Counted from the first letter of the stretch, positions 1-14,148 are shown. The stretch: DNA of 64,000 bases from Eledone cirrhosa (GCA_964016885.1 OZ024741.1:135842001-135906000); one strand, 5' to 3'. The notes: generated by a model from the letters alone, not told the origin. A program made the numbers and translations.

Positions 1-438
1 ATTTATATGCATATATATATATATCGTTCTTTGTTGAAGAACTCTCGTCTGTGTTAACAACTAGAGAGCGATGTACAAGCCTGGTGTAACATGCTCATAT
101 GAAAGTTAATTTTAAAGCGATAGTTTAGCGGATTCGGTTGGGTGCCGGACAAAATGATTCAGTTTAAATCCCATCGTGTTTGTGTTTACTCCTCAGGACA
201 CCGAGGACGATAAAAACCTATACTCAAAGTCCACACTTAAGCGGTTGTAGTCTATAAATGAAAATAATTTTAATGAATTCAGTAAGAGAGGAATTATAAA
301 AAGAATACATGTAAATGTATGTATCTCAACCGAATGGAAGTGTAATAATTATGTAAGAATCATCTCCCTCTAACATAAATTACGTATTCTTTCTATTTAA
401 CAGTGGTCTCTTTCTGTTTCTCTCTCTCCCTCTCGCTC

Positions 439-523
<85 letters not shown>

Positions 524-604
524 TTGTACAACATATTGGATTAAAAAATGTGATGTTCATGGGTAGAATGTTTTTGATCATGGTTCTTCTCGGTCATGAG
601 TTAC

Positions 605-668
605 CTGGTCTGAGCAACAACAGCAACAATATATACAAATGTGTTTGTTTTGCGGCCTTTATCTCCAT
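605..668 (-). CDS. Probable first coding exon (signal peptide) of a secreted or membrane protein that continues left of the window
   Basis: Minus strand reads ...ttag aaaacgaca ATG, then MEIKAAKQTHLYILLLLLLRP-G, ending at a canonical phase-1 donor CAG|GTAACT. The basic N-terminus, Leu-rich core and phase-1 intron are typical of signal-peptide exons. No downstream exon was identified. Confidence 0.5.
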
Positions 669-1014
669 TGTCGTTTTCTAATTTAGAATCATTGGATCAT
701 GTATAGAATATTGTTATAATAGGGAGCTGTTTATTTCCCGACAACTTAATGCTTATACAAAGCTACAGCAATAGGTTCCTTTACATTGATGAAACTACTG
801 TATACTAATAGCGCATCCAATAGACGATATGAGACACCTTATTAATCAGTTCTCTGAAACTAGTAATTAATTGAATTAACCATCACCCTTGCTGCAAAAC
901 AAACGAGCTCTTCAAAGAGAGAAAACATAAAGGACCATCATTTACATGTTTGACATCAATCTAAATACTATGAACGAAATGAAAAACAATGAACAGGAAT
1001 GAAATGAAATGAAA

Positions 1015-1560
1015 TTTACAGCTCACATGCAGGTTTAGCTGACTTCGTACGAGGTTACATCGCATATGTGGTTTCTAGGCAATGTAAATGATAGGTCACC
1101 TGTTCCTATTATGTTGTTATTGTTACACCTCATATCTATGCAGGTTTAGCTCATATGAGTTGCATCTCATAGGTCGCTTACGTGTTTTAACGATAGGGTC
1201 GGATTATGATGAAATATACCTAGCCTCCTACGAGGTTGCATCGCTTAGGAAATTTCTTGGATATTTTAACGATATGGGCCCCAGTCGTGCCATGTTGTAG
1301 TTGATGTACTAGCTCACAGTTATGAACGTTTAGCTGGTCTTCTACTGGCTTGTATGCTATAGTACGCTGAGTATTTTAACGATAGGGTTCCTACTTCTGT
1401 CATGTAACAGTTTACAGTTATAAAGCTAGCCCCCTACGCTATTGTATGCCATATGTGGTTTCTAGGGTGTTTCAATAATAGGTGCCCCATTCATATGTAA
1501 TTCTTACAGATCAAGCCTAGTTAGGTTTATCTGTCTCCTATTAGGTTGTATCTCATAGGA
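1015..1560. repeat. Degenerate tandem repeat of roughly 90 bp; related copy at about 17170-17365
   Basis: Recurring blocks: caggtttagct, gaggttgcatcgcata, ttttaacgatagg. The same blocks recur at 17.2-17.35 kb. Confidence 0.6.
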
Positions 1561-1935
1561 CAGGGATGGGCAAACACTTTTGATCGGGGGCCATATTGAC
1601 TGGGTCATGAACACCAGAGGGTCGCACCATTTATTATGGAATATATGTGCCAGTAACCTTACTTCTCTTCAGTTAGAATTTAGAAAATATATAATATAAA
1701 CTGCATCATTATAATACATTAATTATTAAAATGATTAAATACAAAAACCTTAAAACAAAGTCTTCTTTTAATTTGTCTGTACATCACAAAATATTATTAA
1801 ATATTGTATACGACACATTAAGTATAATATACGAACATTTGTTGTTTTTTATGAATTCGCAAAATGATTCCACGGACCGCACAAAACTCTTTGGTGCGCC
1901 GCATTAGTCTCGCGGCCGTAGTTTACCCACAGTTG
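1561..1935. mobile_element. Non-autonomous hAT (Charlie-like) DNA transposon
   Basis: Imperfect TIRs CAGGGATGGGCAAAC ... GTTTACCCACAGTTG. 8-bp TSD tcatagga (1553-1560) / tcataaga (1936-1943), one mismatch. Confidence 0.75.
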
Positions 1936-2340
1936 TCATAAGAGGTTTGTCGGTTGGTACAGAGATAGAAATTCTAGTCCTATCATGAAAAGCAATTTGA
2001 ATGAAACATCATGTCCAAGAACACAACATGATCCATGAATCAAATCAGGATCTTATGATTTTGAATTCTTCTTCTTCTTCTTCTTCTTCTTCTTCTTCTT
2101 CTTCTTCTTCTTCTTCTTCTTCTTCGCCCACCTATTCCTCAAACAGTCCTTCCAGCGGGTCCGGTCAGAACGGGGTTAGGAGTGCGTATGTTTGTGAAAT
2201 GATCAGTTATTTATAGGTCAATTTCATGAACAGTTACAACTAGAACACTTTTCATCAGAAGCACGCTATGTCCAACAGTTACACACACACGCACACACAC
2301 ACGCACATACACATACACACACACACGCACGCACACACGC

Positions 2341-2394
<54 letters not shown>

Positions 2395-3013
2395 TATGCG
2401 GGTATATACATACATATATGTATGTATGTATTCTCAGGCATACACAAAAAGCACAAAAAGCACAAAAACGTTATACACACACTCGTGGATATACACATAC
2501 ACACACTCATACAAAACATATACACACACAAGCTCTCATCAAATACATACGCATGTACGCAGGTTCATCCACAAAAAAGTACATAAATATTTCCCAGACA
2601 CACACCGTCATCACGCGCGCGCACTTCCACCAACGATAAACAAACCACACACATACATACACAGAAGCAATAATGTACAATCATGATGCACATGATGCAC
2701 ACACACACATAACAACACCTGTGACAAAACAAACTCTCTACCCAGGCCAGTATATCTCAGTACAGGACTACTCGTCTACTATCAGCAGCCATCTTAAAAT
2801 GTCTTTTACGCAAACTCCGATGTTCTAGCCCTCCCCCTCTCTCTCCGAAATCTCAATTGCTTAAAGAAAGACTTATGTGCGAAACGTCATACCCTATTTT
2901 ACTTCCTCCTAAGTGTGATGGTAATAAAAATGTGTTCTGCATCTCTGCATTTGACTTGTTGTTTCTTGAACTACACACATACACACACACACACATATAA
3001 ATATATATGTATG

Positions 3014-3120
<107 letters not shown>

Positions 3121-3127
3121 GTATATG

Positions 3128-3174
<47 letters not shown>

Positions 3175-3199
3175 GTATATGTATATATATATACACATA

Positions 3200-3230
<31 letters not shown>

Positions 3231-3232
3231 GT

Positions 3233-3272
<40 letters not shown>

Positions 3273-3283
3273 ATATACATATA

Positions 3284-3316
<33 letters not shown>

Positions 3317-3425
3317 GTATATGTTTATATATATACATATATATATATACATATATATATACATATATATATGTATGTATGTATTCTCAGGCATACACAA
3401 AAAGCACAAAAACGTTATACACACA

Positions 3426-3534
<109 letters not shown>

Positions 3535-3634
3535 CCAAATATTAATATGGTTCATTGATTACTCATAGTTTTACAATAGATTAAAAGCACTCTACAGTGA
3601 AGTTATCTGGAGTTATTAATAGTATTCAATATTG

Positions 3635-3715
<81 letters not shown>

Positions 3716-3790
3716 TATATGTCCACAAATAGATGCACACAAATATGTATATATATAAGTATTAATATATATATATATATATATATATAT

Positions 3791-4240
3791 AAACGGGAAA
3801 AATGAAACGAAATTTCATTTCTCACTCTTAGTACGGCTGTTACTTAAATATAAGTATGTATACGTACATAAATATATGTATACGGACGTATATATATATA
3901 TATATAGATACATGCACACATATATATATATATATATGTACGTATGGATTCACCGAACATTTAATATAATGCTCGGTGTGTTTGTAAACAAACATCCCGA
4001 ATTAAGCCGTACAGTGTCTAGCAACCATCGTTGCTCATTTGTTCAACACTGACAAAGGAACGCTGTACTAGTTTCAAGCTTATTAGCTATCGTCAGCAAC
4101 GTATACCTTCCTGCCAGATGATTGAACGTCTGAAAGTATGTACTTTCCTTATGCATATTAACGGCTGAGCAGCCTAATTTGCATATAGAGCGAGTTAATC
4201 GGCCGGGTGCACCGAAAACGGTAAACGGAAAAAATACATA

Positions 4241-4246
<6 letters not shown>
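3791..4246 (-). mobile_element. Retrozyme-like monomer (octamer, hammerhead, tail), a diverged homolog of the 467-bp unit
   Basis: The reverse complement aligns block by block with the 467-bp unit: ATGCAAATTAG, HHR, TGTTTACA and the TTAAG..CAG..TAC..AGTGAG..GAAATT tail. Flanked by (TA)n. Confidence 0.8.
4060..4102 (-). ncRNA. Type I hammerhead ribozyme with intact core
   Basis: acguug CUGACGA u-AGCU-aaua-AGCU-u GAAA CUAG UA^cagcgu. Stem I has 6 bp, stem II 4 bp, stem III is a minimal palindrome. Confidence 0.85.
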
Positions 4247-4285
<39 letters not shown>

Positions 4286-4577
4286 GCAAAGTCTTAAAAT
4301 CTTAAAGGTTATGAAAGAAAAAAAGAAGAGAAATAATATATAATGTAGAGTATATTGTTTATATAAACTGAATACTAAGATATATATAACTGCAGCTTAC
4401 ACACATATGTATGTATTTGTGTGTGTATGGTTAGTTGCATGTTCGTGTGTATATGTGTGTATTTATGTTTGTTTATTAGTTGAGACTACGATCGTATCCT
4501 TTCTACTGTTGGAACAACAAGCGAAATAACGATAATATAAACTGTTAACTTAATAAAACAATACCACCACAACAACA

Positions 4578-4639
<62 letters not shown>

Positions 4640-4661
4640 CGCCGCCACCACCGCCATCACC

Positions 4662-4722
<61 letters not shown>

Positions 4723-4784
4723 AAAGAACACTTGGATTCTTAATATAGGAATAGGAATCTATAATACTTGAATACGATATTGGG

Positions 4785-4865
<81 letters not shown>

Positions 4866-5411
4866 TACATATATATATATATATATAAATTATATAATTA
4901 TATATAAATAAATAAATATTATATATATATATATAAATAGCATATATATATAAATAATATATATATATATATATAAATATATATATATAATTATATATGT
5001 GAGTGTGTGTGTAACACAAACACCAAACCCACTCCACCTACCAATCACTGTAATAAACACAACAAAAGAAAATCAACAAAACAACATTATATCTAAACTA
5101 TAAAATACTAAAAAAAAAATATTGAAGATTTGGTGAAAATGCTTCCATTGGCAGAGTGACAAATAAGAGATTGAATTCTTTTCGAAATAGTACTGTTATA
5201 AGCGAACATTAAACTATGATCGATATATCCTTGGGCGTAATCAATAATCGATTTTCGTTTGGGAAAAGCTGGGCTACCGTTAATGATACTGGCGGCAGCA
5301 ATGCAATGTTAATTTCTCAGTGAAGTGAATGAGTGAGAGAACAGGTCACGTGATTATCGATAGTCGGTCGAACGAAAACGACCATTGCATAGCAACACGT
5401 ATATATATTTA

Positions 5412-5583
<172 letters not shown>

Positions 5584-5600
5584 TACATATATAAATATAC

Positions 5601-5636
<36 letters not shown>

Positions 5637-5664
5637 ATATATACGTAACTATATATATATATGC

Positions 5665-5700
<36 letters not shown>

Positions 5701-5736
5701 GTATGTATATATGCATATATGAATATATATATATGC

Positions 5737-5825
<89 letters not shown>

Positions 5826-5854
5826 TATATGCATATATGAATATATATATATAC

Positions 5855-5897
<43 letters not shown>

Positions 5898-5929
5898 TAT
5901 AGATATGTGTACATATATACATATATTCC

Positions 5930-5965
<36 letters not shown>

Positions 5966-6114
5966 CATATATATATATATATGTGGGAAAATGTTTGACC
6001 CCGACGGCAGAGCTCAAGCCGTTTCAACGGCTAGTTCTGGACTCAATGTGTGTGTGTGTATATATGTTCGTATATATATATATATATATACGTGTATATA
6101 TATGAATATACGTG

Positions 6115-6147
<33 letters not shown>

Positions 6148-6157
6148 AGATATATTC

Positions 6158-6209
<52 letters not shown>

Positions 6210-6650
6210 GTGTATGTATATATATATATATATATATATGTATATGTATATACGTGTATGTATATATATATATATGTATATATATATACATGTATATATA
6301 TATATATACATGTATATATATATGTGTGTATATTGCTATACAATTAAGTGAGAGGCTGTTTTCAACTTTCGTTATTTGCGACTACATAAGCCAACGCAAT
6401 CACTGGAGAGAGCTTTACACGCGTTTGTGTCCAATATTGTAATTCGTGGATGATAAATAAAGTAATCACACTGATTCACGCTATGTTGAAGGGTGTATAT
6501 GGTAATGAGCTAACGCTAAGGATTTGACTAATGTATATGTGTATTTACGTGTGTGTTTCTCTGTGTCTGTGTGTATATTTTCGCATACATATGAATATCC
6601 ATACATACACACAATGTATGTATATATATATGTGTGTGTGTGCGTGTATG

Positions 6651-6765
<115 letters not shown>

Positions 6766-6771
6766 ATATAC

Positions 6772-6867
<96 letters not shown>

Positions 6868-7027
6868 TGTATATATTTAAATATACTATATATATAATAT
6901 ATATATAATATATATACGTGTATATATATTTATATATAATATATGTAATTAAATAGTCGGTTGTCCTCTTGTCTCTGATTTTCAGCCCGATGGATTTTAT
7001 CTGTTATATTCCTTTGTTATATTTTGA

Positions 7028-7085
7028 ATACCTGACGATGTCACCAGATTCATACTGAACCCAGTCATTGAAATGATCATAGTAT
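7028..7085 (+). ncRNA. Hammerhead motif in a Penelope-LTR-like fragment (about 6950-7275)
   Basis: auac CUGACGA [decayed stem II] GAAA UGAUCA UA^guau, followed by AATAAA. Confidence 0.65.
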
Positions 7086-7273
7086 AATAAACCTTTCAAG
7101 GATTTACACCAGTCCAGCCTCCTGTTATTTTTTTATAATTAATTCTGTTCTCGCACCACCAACTACACAAACGAAGACGGGTGAGTTGCATTACGTTGAG
7201 TGGTCTCCATAATATTACATTGAGGTTTACCATACGGAATGACCAGATAAATCCAGTGGTGAATCAACAAACC

Positions 7274-7344
<71 letters not shown>

Positions 7345-7761
7345 GCATATAAATATATGTATGTATATATATATATATATATATCAATATGTGTATACAC
7401 ACACACACACACATATATATGTATTATATATATATCCATATATGAATATATATATGACCACTGCCATATTGCTCACTATCTAGTTGCATGCTCTCTGCAT
7501 GTGCAACGTACGACATTTCAACTGCATGCTTGTTATCATTTTCTGCGAGAGGGTCATGGCCGGAAATATCTGGAATAATTTCGGTGGCTTTCTTATACTA
7601 TATATATATAAGAATAACATCATGAAAGGTGCTGATGTTGCATAATCATTTATTCATAATAATTATTTCAGCGGTTTCTCCTATGCAATCAAAATGTAAT
7701 TCATACATTTGTTGTTGTTATGAGAAAAGTATCTTCAGATGAAATATATATACACACACTG

Positions 7762-9250
7762 CAAGATTCGGCCACTCTTCCATAAAAATGGTTCATTGAC
7801 CGAGGATCCTCAAGGGATAAGTGAAATACTGAATGATTGCACGTCTCATATGAGTGCGTTCATGGAACGAATCATCAGAAAGAAAAGATCGCGTTCTTCG
7901 AGGAAAATGACCACCTAACTAGCACGTAGCATGGCTTTCGCCCTGTAAGAAGCTGCCTTACACAGTTGTTACAACACTATGACTGGGTACTGAAACCACT
8001 GCTGGACAGCTCACATGTGGACGTGATATATCTTGACTTTGCGAAGGTCGACCACGGTATGATATATCACAAACTACACAGACTCAGCATAACTGGAAAC
8101 GTAGGTGAGTGGCTGCTTGGTATCTTTAAAGGCAAAAGCCAGACAGTTGCAGCCAATGGGGGCCCTATCAAAGGAAACATCAATAACAAGTGGGGTGCCC
8201 CAGGGCACCCTCTTGGGACCACTACTGTTTTGGTGGCTCTCTCAGACATGCCCTCTGTAGTACAACATCCCTCACTAGCTATGCTGATGCCACAAATGTA
8301 GCACAGGCAATGGAAAACCCGACTGATGTCCTTTTACAACAAAAACTGGATCCCATATACAAATCGGCTGGGGACAACAACATGCAGTTTAATGCTGGAA
8401 AATGTCTAGCCCTACAATACCAACCTGCTAACACAAAGACAGTGCAACACAGCTACACCGGACAGGGAGGGATCGAAATCCCCGTGTCAAAATCGATACT
8501 AGAACTGGGGATAGACATGAGCCACGATGCATCTTTTTCTTCACATCTCATGATGGTGGCGTCAATGTGCTGGCGACTTGTTGGCTGGATCTTGAGGACT
8601 TTCCAGACAAGAGACTGAGAGACCATGTTGATACTATGAAGGCACATTTGTCCTAACCCGACTGGATTACTGCTCCTAGCTGTGGTCACCCCATAGTATC
8701 AAACTAACCACGGAACTTAAGGCAATCCTACGAAGCTTAACCAAGAGGATTGGCACGATGAAGGAGATGAGGTACTGGGAGAGGCTAATAGAAATGAAAC
8801 CTTACTCCTTGGAACGAAGACAGGAGAGACACGCAGTGATATACATATGGAAAATCCTGGAGGGTCTAGCACTACACTTTGGCATTGAGAGCTGGACCAA
8901 CCCCTGGACAGGACGTCACTGTGTGGCGCCAAATGTCTTTCCCATCTAGAATAAAGAGCAGATATTGCAATAGCTTGCGGTTTTAAGGCCCTCAACTTTT
9001 CAACAAGCTGCCAAGGAATTTGAGTGCTCTGTATGGTGTGGACGTGGAAGTTTTCAAGAAACCTCTTGACACTCTGCTATCCAGGATCATGGATGAGCCC
9101 ACAGCACGGTGCGAAGGTAGCCTAAGGGCAGCAGCAACGACCTCCCTCTGACAGCAATGGCCAGCCAACACAGGCTGGAGATAGAACGTGTAGCAACAAG
9201 AGCGGTACCCCAGCATAGCCGCAGCCGGATGGCTAGAACTAGTAAAAGCG
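7762..9250 (+). mobile_element. Degenerate, 5'-truncated CR1/L2-group LINE (RT domain and 3' end)
   Basis: Frameshifted RT motifs HGFRPVRSCLTQLL, VDVIYLDFAK.DH, GVPQGT, SYADAT, NNMQFNAGKC, LERRQERH..IYIWKIL. The 3' tail ccccagcatagccgcagcc..gtaaaag is also present at 32945-32996. Confidence 0.9.
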
Positions 9251-9790
9251 TATATATATATATATATAAGAAATAACACCCACCTCGTTTTATGTCTGCC
9301 TTATACTTGGATTCGGGGGCCTCTGTTGTATATATGTATGCACTTGTGCGTACATACATATATATACACACCTGTATGGATTTGTGTGTGTAGATGTGTG
9401 TGTGTCTGTGGGGTTGGGTGTGAGTGTATGTGCAAGTCAACCAACATAAGTCTTTTTATATGTAAATTTTCTAGTATTCTACCCTAACCATATTTTTCAG
9501 TAGCACCACCTCACACACATTCCTCAATTTAAGTATGACCTGTAGTATCGAATTTCATACTATTAACCTTAATTGAATATATCTGACCAGGAATGCTTTT
9601 TGTGAAAATCAGTCATATGGAGCTATTGTCATCTTGCCTACTAACCCTACTAGCATCTACAAACTGACCAATGAGAATTAAGATTATTCCTGCTGACAAC
9701 ATTAAATTATCCCTAACAAGCTCATATTTCCCAAGGGTCTGATACCACGAACACTATAAACACAGAGCTGGCATATCTAAGAACTGACTA

Positions 9791-9846
9791 ACTGCCTGAT
9801 GAGGTCATAGCCATTCAATGGCTATCATCGAATTATATATAGCAGT
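9791..9846 (+). ncRNA. Hammerhead motif with one core substitution, in a pLTR-like fragment (about 9440-9890)
   Basis: acugc CUGAUGA ggucauagccau-uca-auggcuaucauc GAAU UAUAUA UA^gcagu, then AATAAA. GAAA is changed to GAAU. Confidence 0.65.
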
Positions 9847-9887
9847 AAATAAAGGATTATAAGTTCATGCAATTGACTTATGTTTCG

Positions 9888-9928
<41 letters not shown>

Positions 9929-10021
9929 TAAGTTAAAGTGAGTTACAAACGAAACGAAATTTAATTTCGTTTCGTTATTTGTTTTTATCGTCTCCGTTGA
10001 ACCGGTACTTACTCACACTCT

Positions 10022-10029
10022 ATGCAAAT
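10022..10029 (+). promoter_or_regulatory. Octamer motif ATGCAAAT (also at 10489, 10956, 11423, 13575; minus strand 4177-4184 and 29835-29842)
   Basis: Perfect octamer within ATGCAAATTAG, retained in three otherwise strongly diverged element types, 70-100 nt upstream of the HHR core. Function is inferred. Confidence 0.6.
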
Positions 10030-10114
10030 TAGTCTGCCCACTACTAATTTTCATAGAAAAAGCATATAACGATATGTGCTTTTACGATTCTCTAGAGAGG
10101 CCGGAAGATAGGTA

Positions 10115-10159
10115 AATATTGCTGATGAGTTGTAACAACAACGAAACTAGTTCAATATT
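10115..10159 (+). ncRNA. Type I hammerhead ribozyme, unit 1
   Basis: aauauug CUGAUGA GUUGU-aaca-ACAAC GAAA CUAG UU^caauauu. Stem I has 7 bp, stem II 5 bp, stem III is palindromic. Predicted cut after 10152. Confidence 0.92.
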
Positions 10160-10581
10160 CCTTGTCTGGCTTTCTGGAGAATAGAGGAGAGGTGTTTCCT
10201 CAAAAACCAGTATGACTCTAAAAACCGGTTTGTCTGTGTGTTTACATACAGAATAGCTGGCCACTCACAGTAAAGTGACCAGTGAAAAAACTTGGTACAC
10301 CTACATATGTATACGTGTGTGTATTCATATACATACTAGTATTTCAGTATACATATATGGATGTACATCTTTAACTTAATTGTTTAAGCGTCAGTCATAC
10401 AAAAGTGAGTTACAAACGAAACGAAATTTAATTTCGTTTCGTTATTTGTTTTTATCGTCTCCGTTGAACCGGTACTTACTCACACTCTATGCAAATTAGT
10501 CTGCCCACTACTAATTTTCATAGAAAAAGCATATAACGATATGTGCTTTTACGATTCTCTAGAGAGGCCGGAAGATAGGTA

Positions 10582-10626
10582 AATATTGCTGATGAGTTGT
10601 AACAACAACGAAACTAGTTCAATATT
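10582..10626 (+). ncRNA. Type I hammerhead ribozyme, unit 2
   Basis: Identical to 10115-10159. Confidence 0.92.
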
Positions 10627-11048
10627 CCTTGTCTGGCTTTCTGGAGAATAGAGGAGAGGTGTTTCCTCAAAAACCAGTATGACTCTAAAAACCGGTTTGT
10701 CTGTGTGTTTACATACAGAATAGCTGGCCACTCACAGTAAAGTGACCAGTGAAAAAACTTGGTACACCTACATATGTATACGTGTGTGTATTCATATACA
10801 TACTAGTATTTCAGTATACATATATGGATGTACATCTTTAACTTAATTGTTTAAGCGTCATTTATACAAAAGTGAGTTACAAACGAAACGAAATTTAATT
10901 TCGTTTCGTTATTTGTTTTTATCGTCTCCGTTGAACCGGTACTTACTCACACTCTATGCAAATTAGTCTGCCCACTACTAATTTTCATAGAAAAAGCATA
11001 TAACGATATGTGCTTTTACGATTCTCTAGAGAGGCCGGAAGATAGGTA

Positions 11049-11093
11049 AATATTGCTGATGAGTTGTAACAACAACGAAACTAGTTCAATATT
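11049..11093 (+). ncRNA. Type I hammerhead ribozyme, unit 3
   Basis: Identical to 10115-10159. Confidence 0.92.
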
Positions 11094-11515
11094 CCTTGTC
11101 TGGCTTTCTGGAGAATAGAGGAGAGGTGTTTCCTCAAAAACCAGTATGACTCTAAAAACCGGTTTGTCTGTGTGTTTACATACAGAATAGCTGGCCACTC
11201 ACAGTAAAGTGACCAGTGAAAAAACTTGGTACACCTACATATGTATACGTGTGTGTATTCATATACATACTAGTATTTCAGTATACATATATGGATGTAC
11301 ATCTTTAACTTAATTGTTTAAGCGTCAGTCATACAAAAGTGAGTTACAAACGAAACGAAATTTAATTTCGTTTCGTTATTTGTTTTTATCGTCTCCGTTG
11401 AACCGGTACTTACTCACACTCTATGCAAATTAGTCTGCCCACTACTAATTTTCATAGAAAAAGCATATAACGATATGTGCTTTTACGATTCTCTAGAGAG
11501 GCCGGAAGATAGGTA

Positions 11516-11560
11516 AATATTGCTGATGAGTTGTAACAACAACGAAACTAGTTCAATATT
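11516..11560 (+). ncRNA. Type I hammerhead ribozyme, unit 4
   Basis: Identical to 10115-10159. Confidence 0.92.
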
Positions 11561-11849
11561 CCTTGTCTGGCTTTCTGGAGAATAGAGGAGAGGTGTTTCC
11601 TCAAAAACCAGTATGACTCTAAAAACCGGTTTGTCTGTGTGTTTACATACAGAATAGCTGGCCACTCACAGTAAAGTGACCAGTGAAAAAACTTGGTACA
11701 CCTACATATGTATACGTGTGTGTATTCATATACATACTAGTATTTCAGTATACATATATGGATGTACATCTTTAACTTAATTGTTTAAGCGTCAGTCATA
11801 CAAAAGTGAGTTACAAACGAAACGAAATTTAATTTCGTTTCGTTATTTG

Positions 11850-11931
<82 letters not shown>

Positions 11932-12791
11932 TGTATATATGTATGTATGTACGTATGTATGTATATATTTGGGGGTGAATATCACTAACAATACAGTCAC
12001 CCCTGTACCTATATTTACATAATTTTATTATAGAATTTACACATAGCAGCTTGTGTGTAACATTTGTAAACTTTATCACGTTTTCCTCATCTTCACTGTC
12101 ATCGACACCCTCAACACCAACATCATAATTATCATTGTCACTGACATCATCAATATGATCGTCTGCATTAACACTATCCTCATTAGAATTAATATTATCA
12201 TCAATTTCAACATCCTCATCATTAAGGTCCTCATCATCATAATAACAATCACAATCATTAGCATTATCCCATACGTCATCAACATTGACATCATTATCAT
12301 CAACACCATTACTACCATTCACACCATCGTCATCATCATCATTGTCACTGCAATCACCATCATCAGCAACCGTAGCAGGGTTATCGTTAGTGGCTCCATA
12401 ATTGTGACAAAATATTTAAAATTTTACTTTGGAATTGTAATGGTAAAGTGTTTATAGAATTGAAATCAGACAAACTGAAGCCAAATTTTAATGATTTGCA
12501 TATAGAGTTGTGAGATGAATTGAACGTCATAGATACGAGTTTGACACCTTCGTTAAGTTTCTCTTCGTGAAGCTTGGAGTTGGTCAATACACTGTAATCT
12601 GTAAATACATACATACACACATACAAACACTTATGAGCATACATATATACAGATGTATGTGCATAAGTATCTACATACGTACTAACATACATACCTATAT
12701 ATACAAATGTATATACGTACGTAGCTACTTACGGTCACTGATAGATATATACTTTATATATACGTATATACTATATACTATATATATATAT

Positions 12792-12987
12792 AACGAAGGA
12801 GGTGTGGTGAGGAACCAGATGGACCATAACGCAACAAGAGTACTCAATACTTAGGGTAGTAGAGTGGGTAATAGGAAAATATTTGACCCCGACGGCAGAG
12901 CTCAAGCCGTTTCGACGGCTATTCTGGACTAAGAAATAGCCGTCGAAACGGCTTGAGCTCTGCTGTCGGGGTCAAATATTTTCCTAT
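12792..12987. mobile_element. Short Penelope-LTR-like fold-back element (family also at about 5985-6045, 14149-14268, 57495-57715; relative at 31850-31935)
   Basis: An ~80-nt unpaired tail, then inverted arms ataggaaaatatttgaccccgacggcagagctcaagccgtttcgacggctatt and its reverse complement. The arms contain the HHR 3' half GAAA-CGG...CCG-UC. Confidence 0.7.
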
Positions 12988-12996
12988 ATATATATA

Positions 12997-14040
<1,044 letters not shown>

Positions 14041-14085
14041 ATATATATATATATATGTATGTATATATATATATATGCATATATG

Positions 14086-14148
<63 letters not shown>

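Larger units (their letters stand above)
9935..11856 (+). repeat. Tandem array of 4.1 x 467-bp hammerhead-containing units (retrozyme-like)
   Basis: Units start at 9935, 10402, 10869, 11336 and 11803. They appear identical except for two substitutions at 10861 and 10863. Each full unit contains an octamer and an HHR. Embedded in (TA)n. Confidence 0.95.

Noticed and set aside
10259-10290. Second hairpin followed by GAAA in the 467-bp unit, as a possible second hammerhead
   Set aside because: There is no upstream CUGANGA or stem I. It is kept only as a possibly conserved hairpin (ctggccact/agtgaccag versus ctgggttact/agtaaccag).
10082-11665. Four identical 60-aa minus-strand ORFs (MASYSVCKH...)
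   Set aside because: They use a GTG start, are antisense to the ribozyme, have no recognisable motif, and the start is altered in the 13-kb copy. They are a by-product of the repeat.
9935-11856. Array read as a CRISPR or an snRNA/5S/tRNA gene cluster
   Set aside because: There are no unique spacers and the context is eukaryotic. No U-snRNA, 5S or tRNA body is recognisable despite the octamer.
11843-12322. Asp/Asn-rich 159-aa ORF
   Set aside because: Degenerate (ATC/GAT)n microsatellite running into (TA)n, with no splice or domain support.
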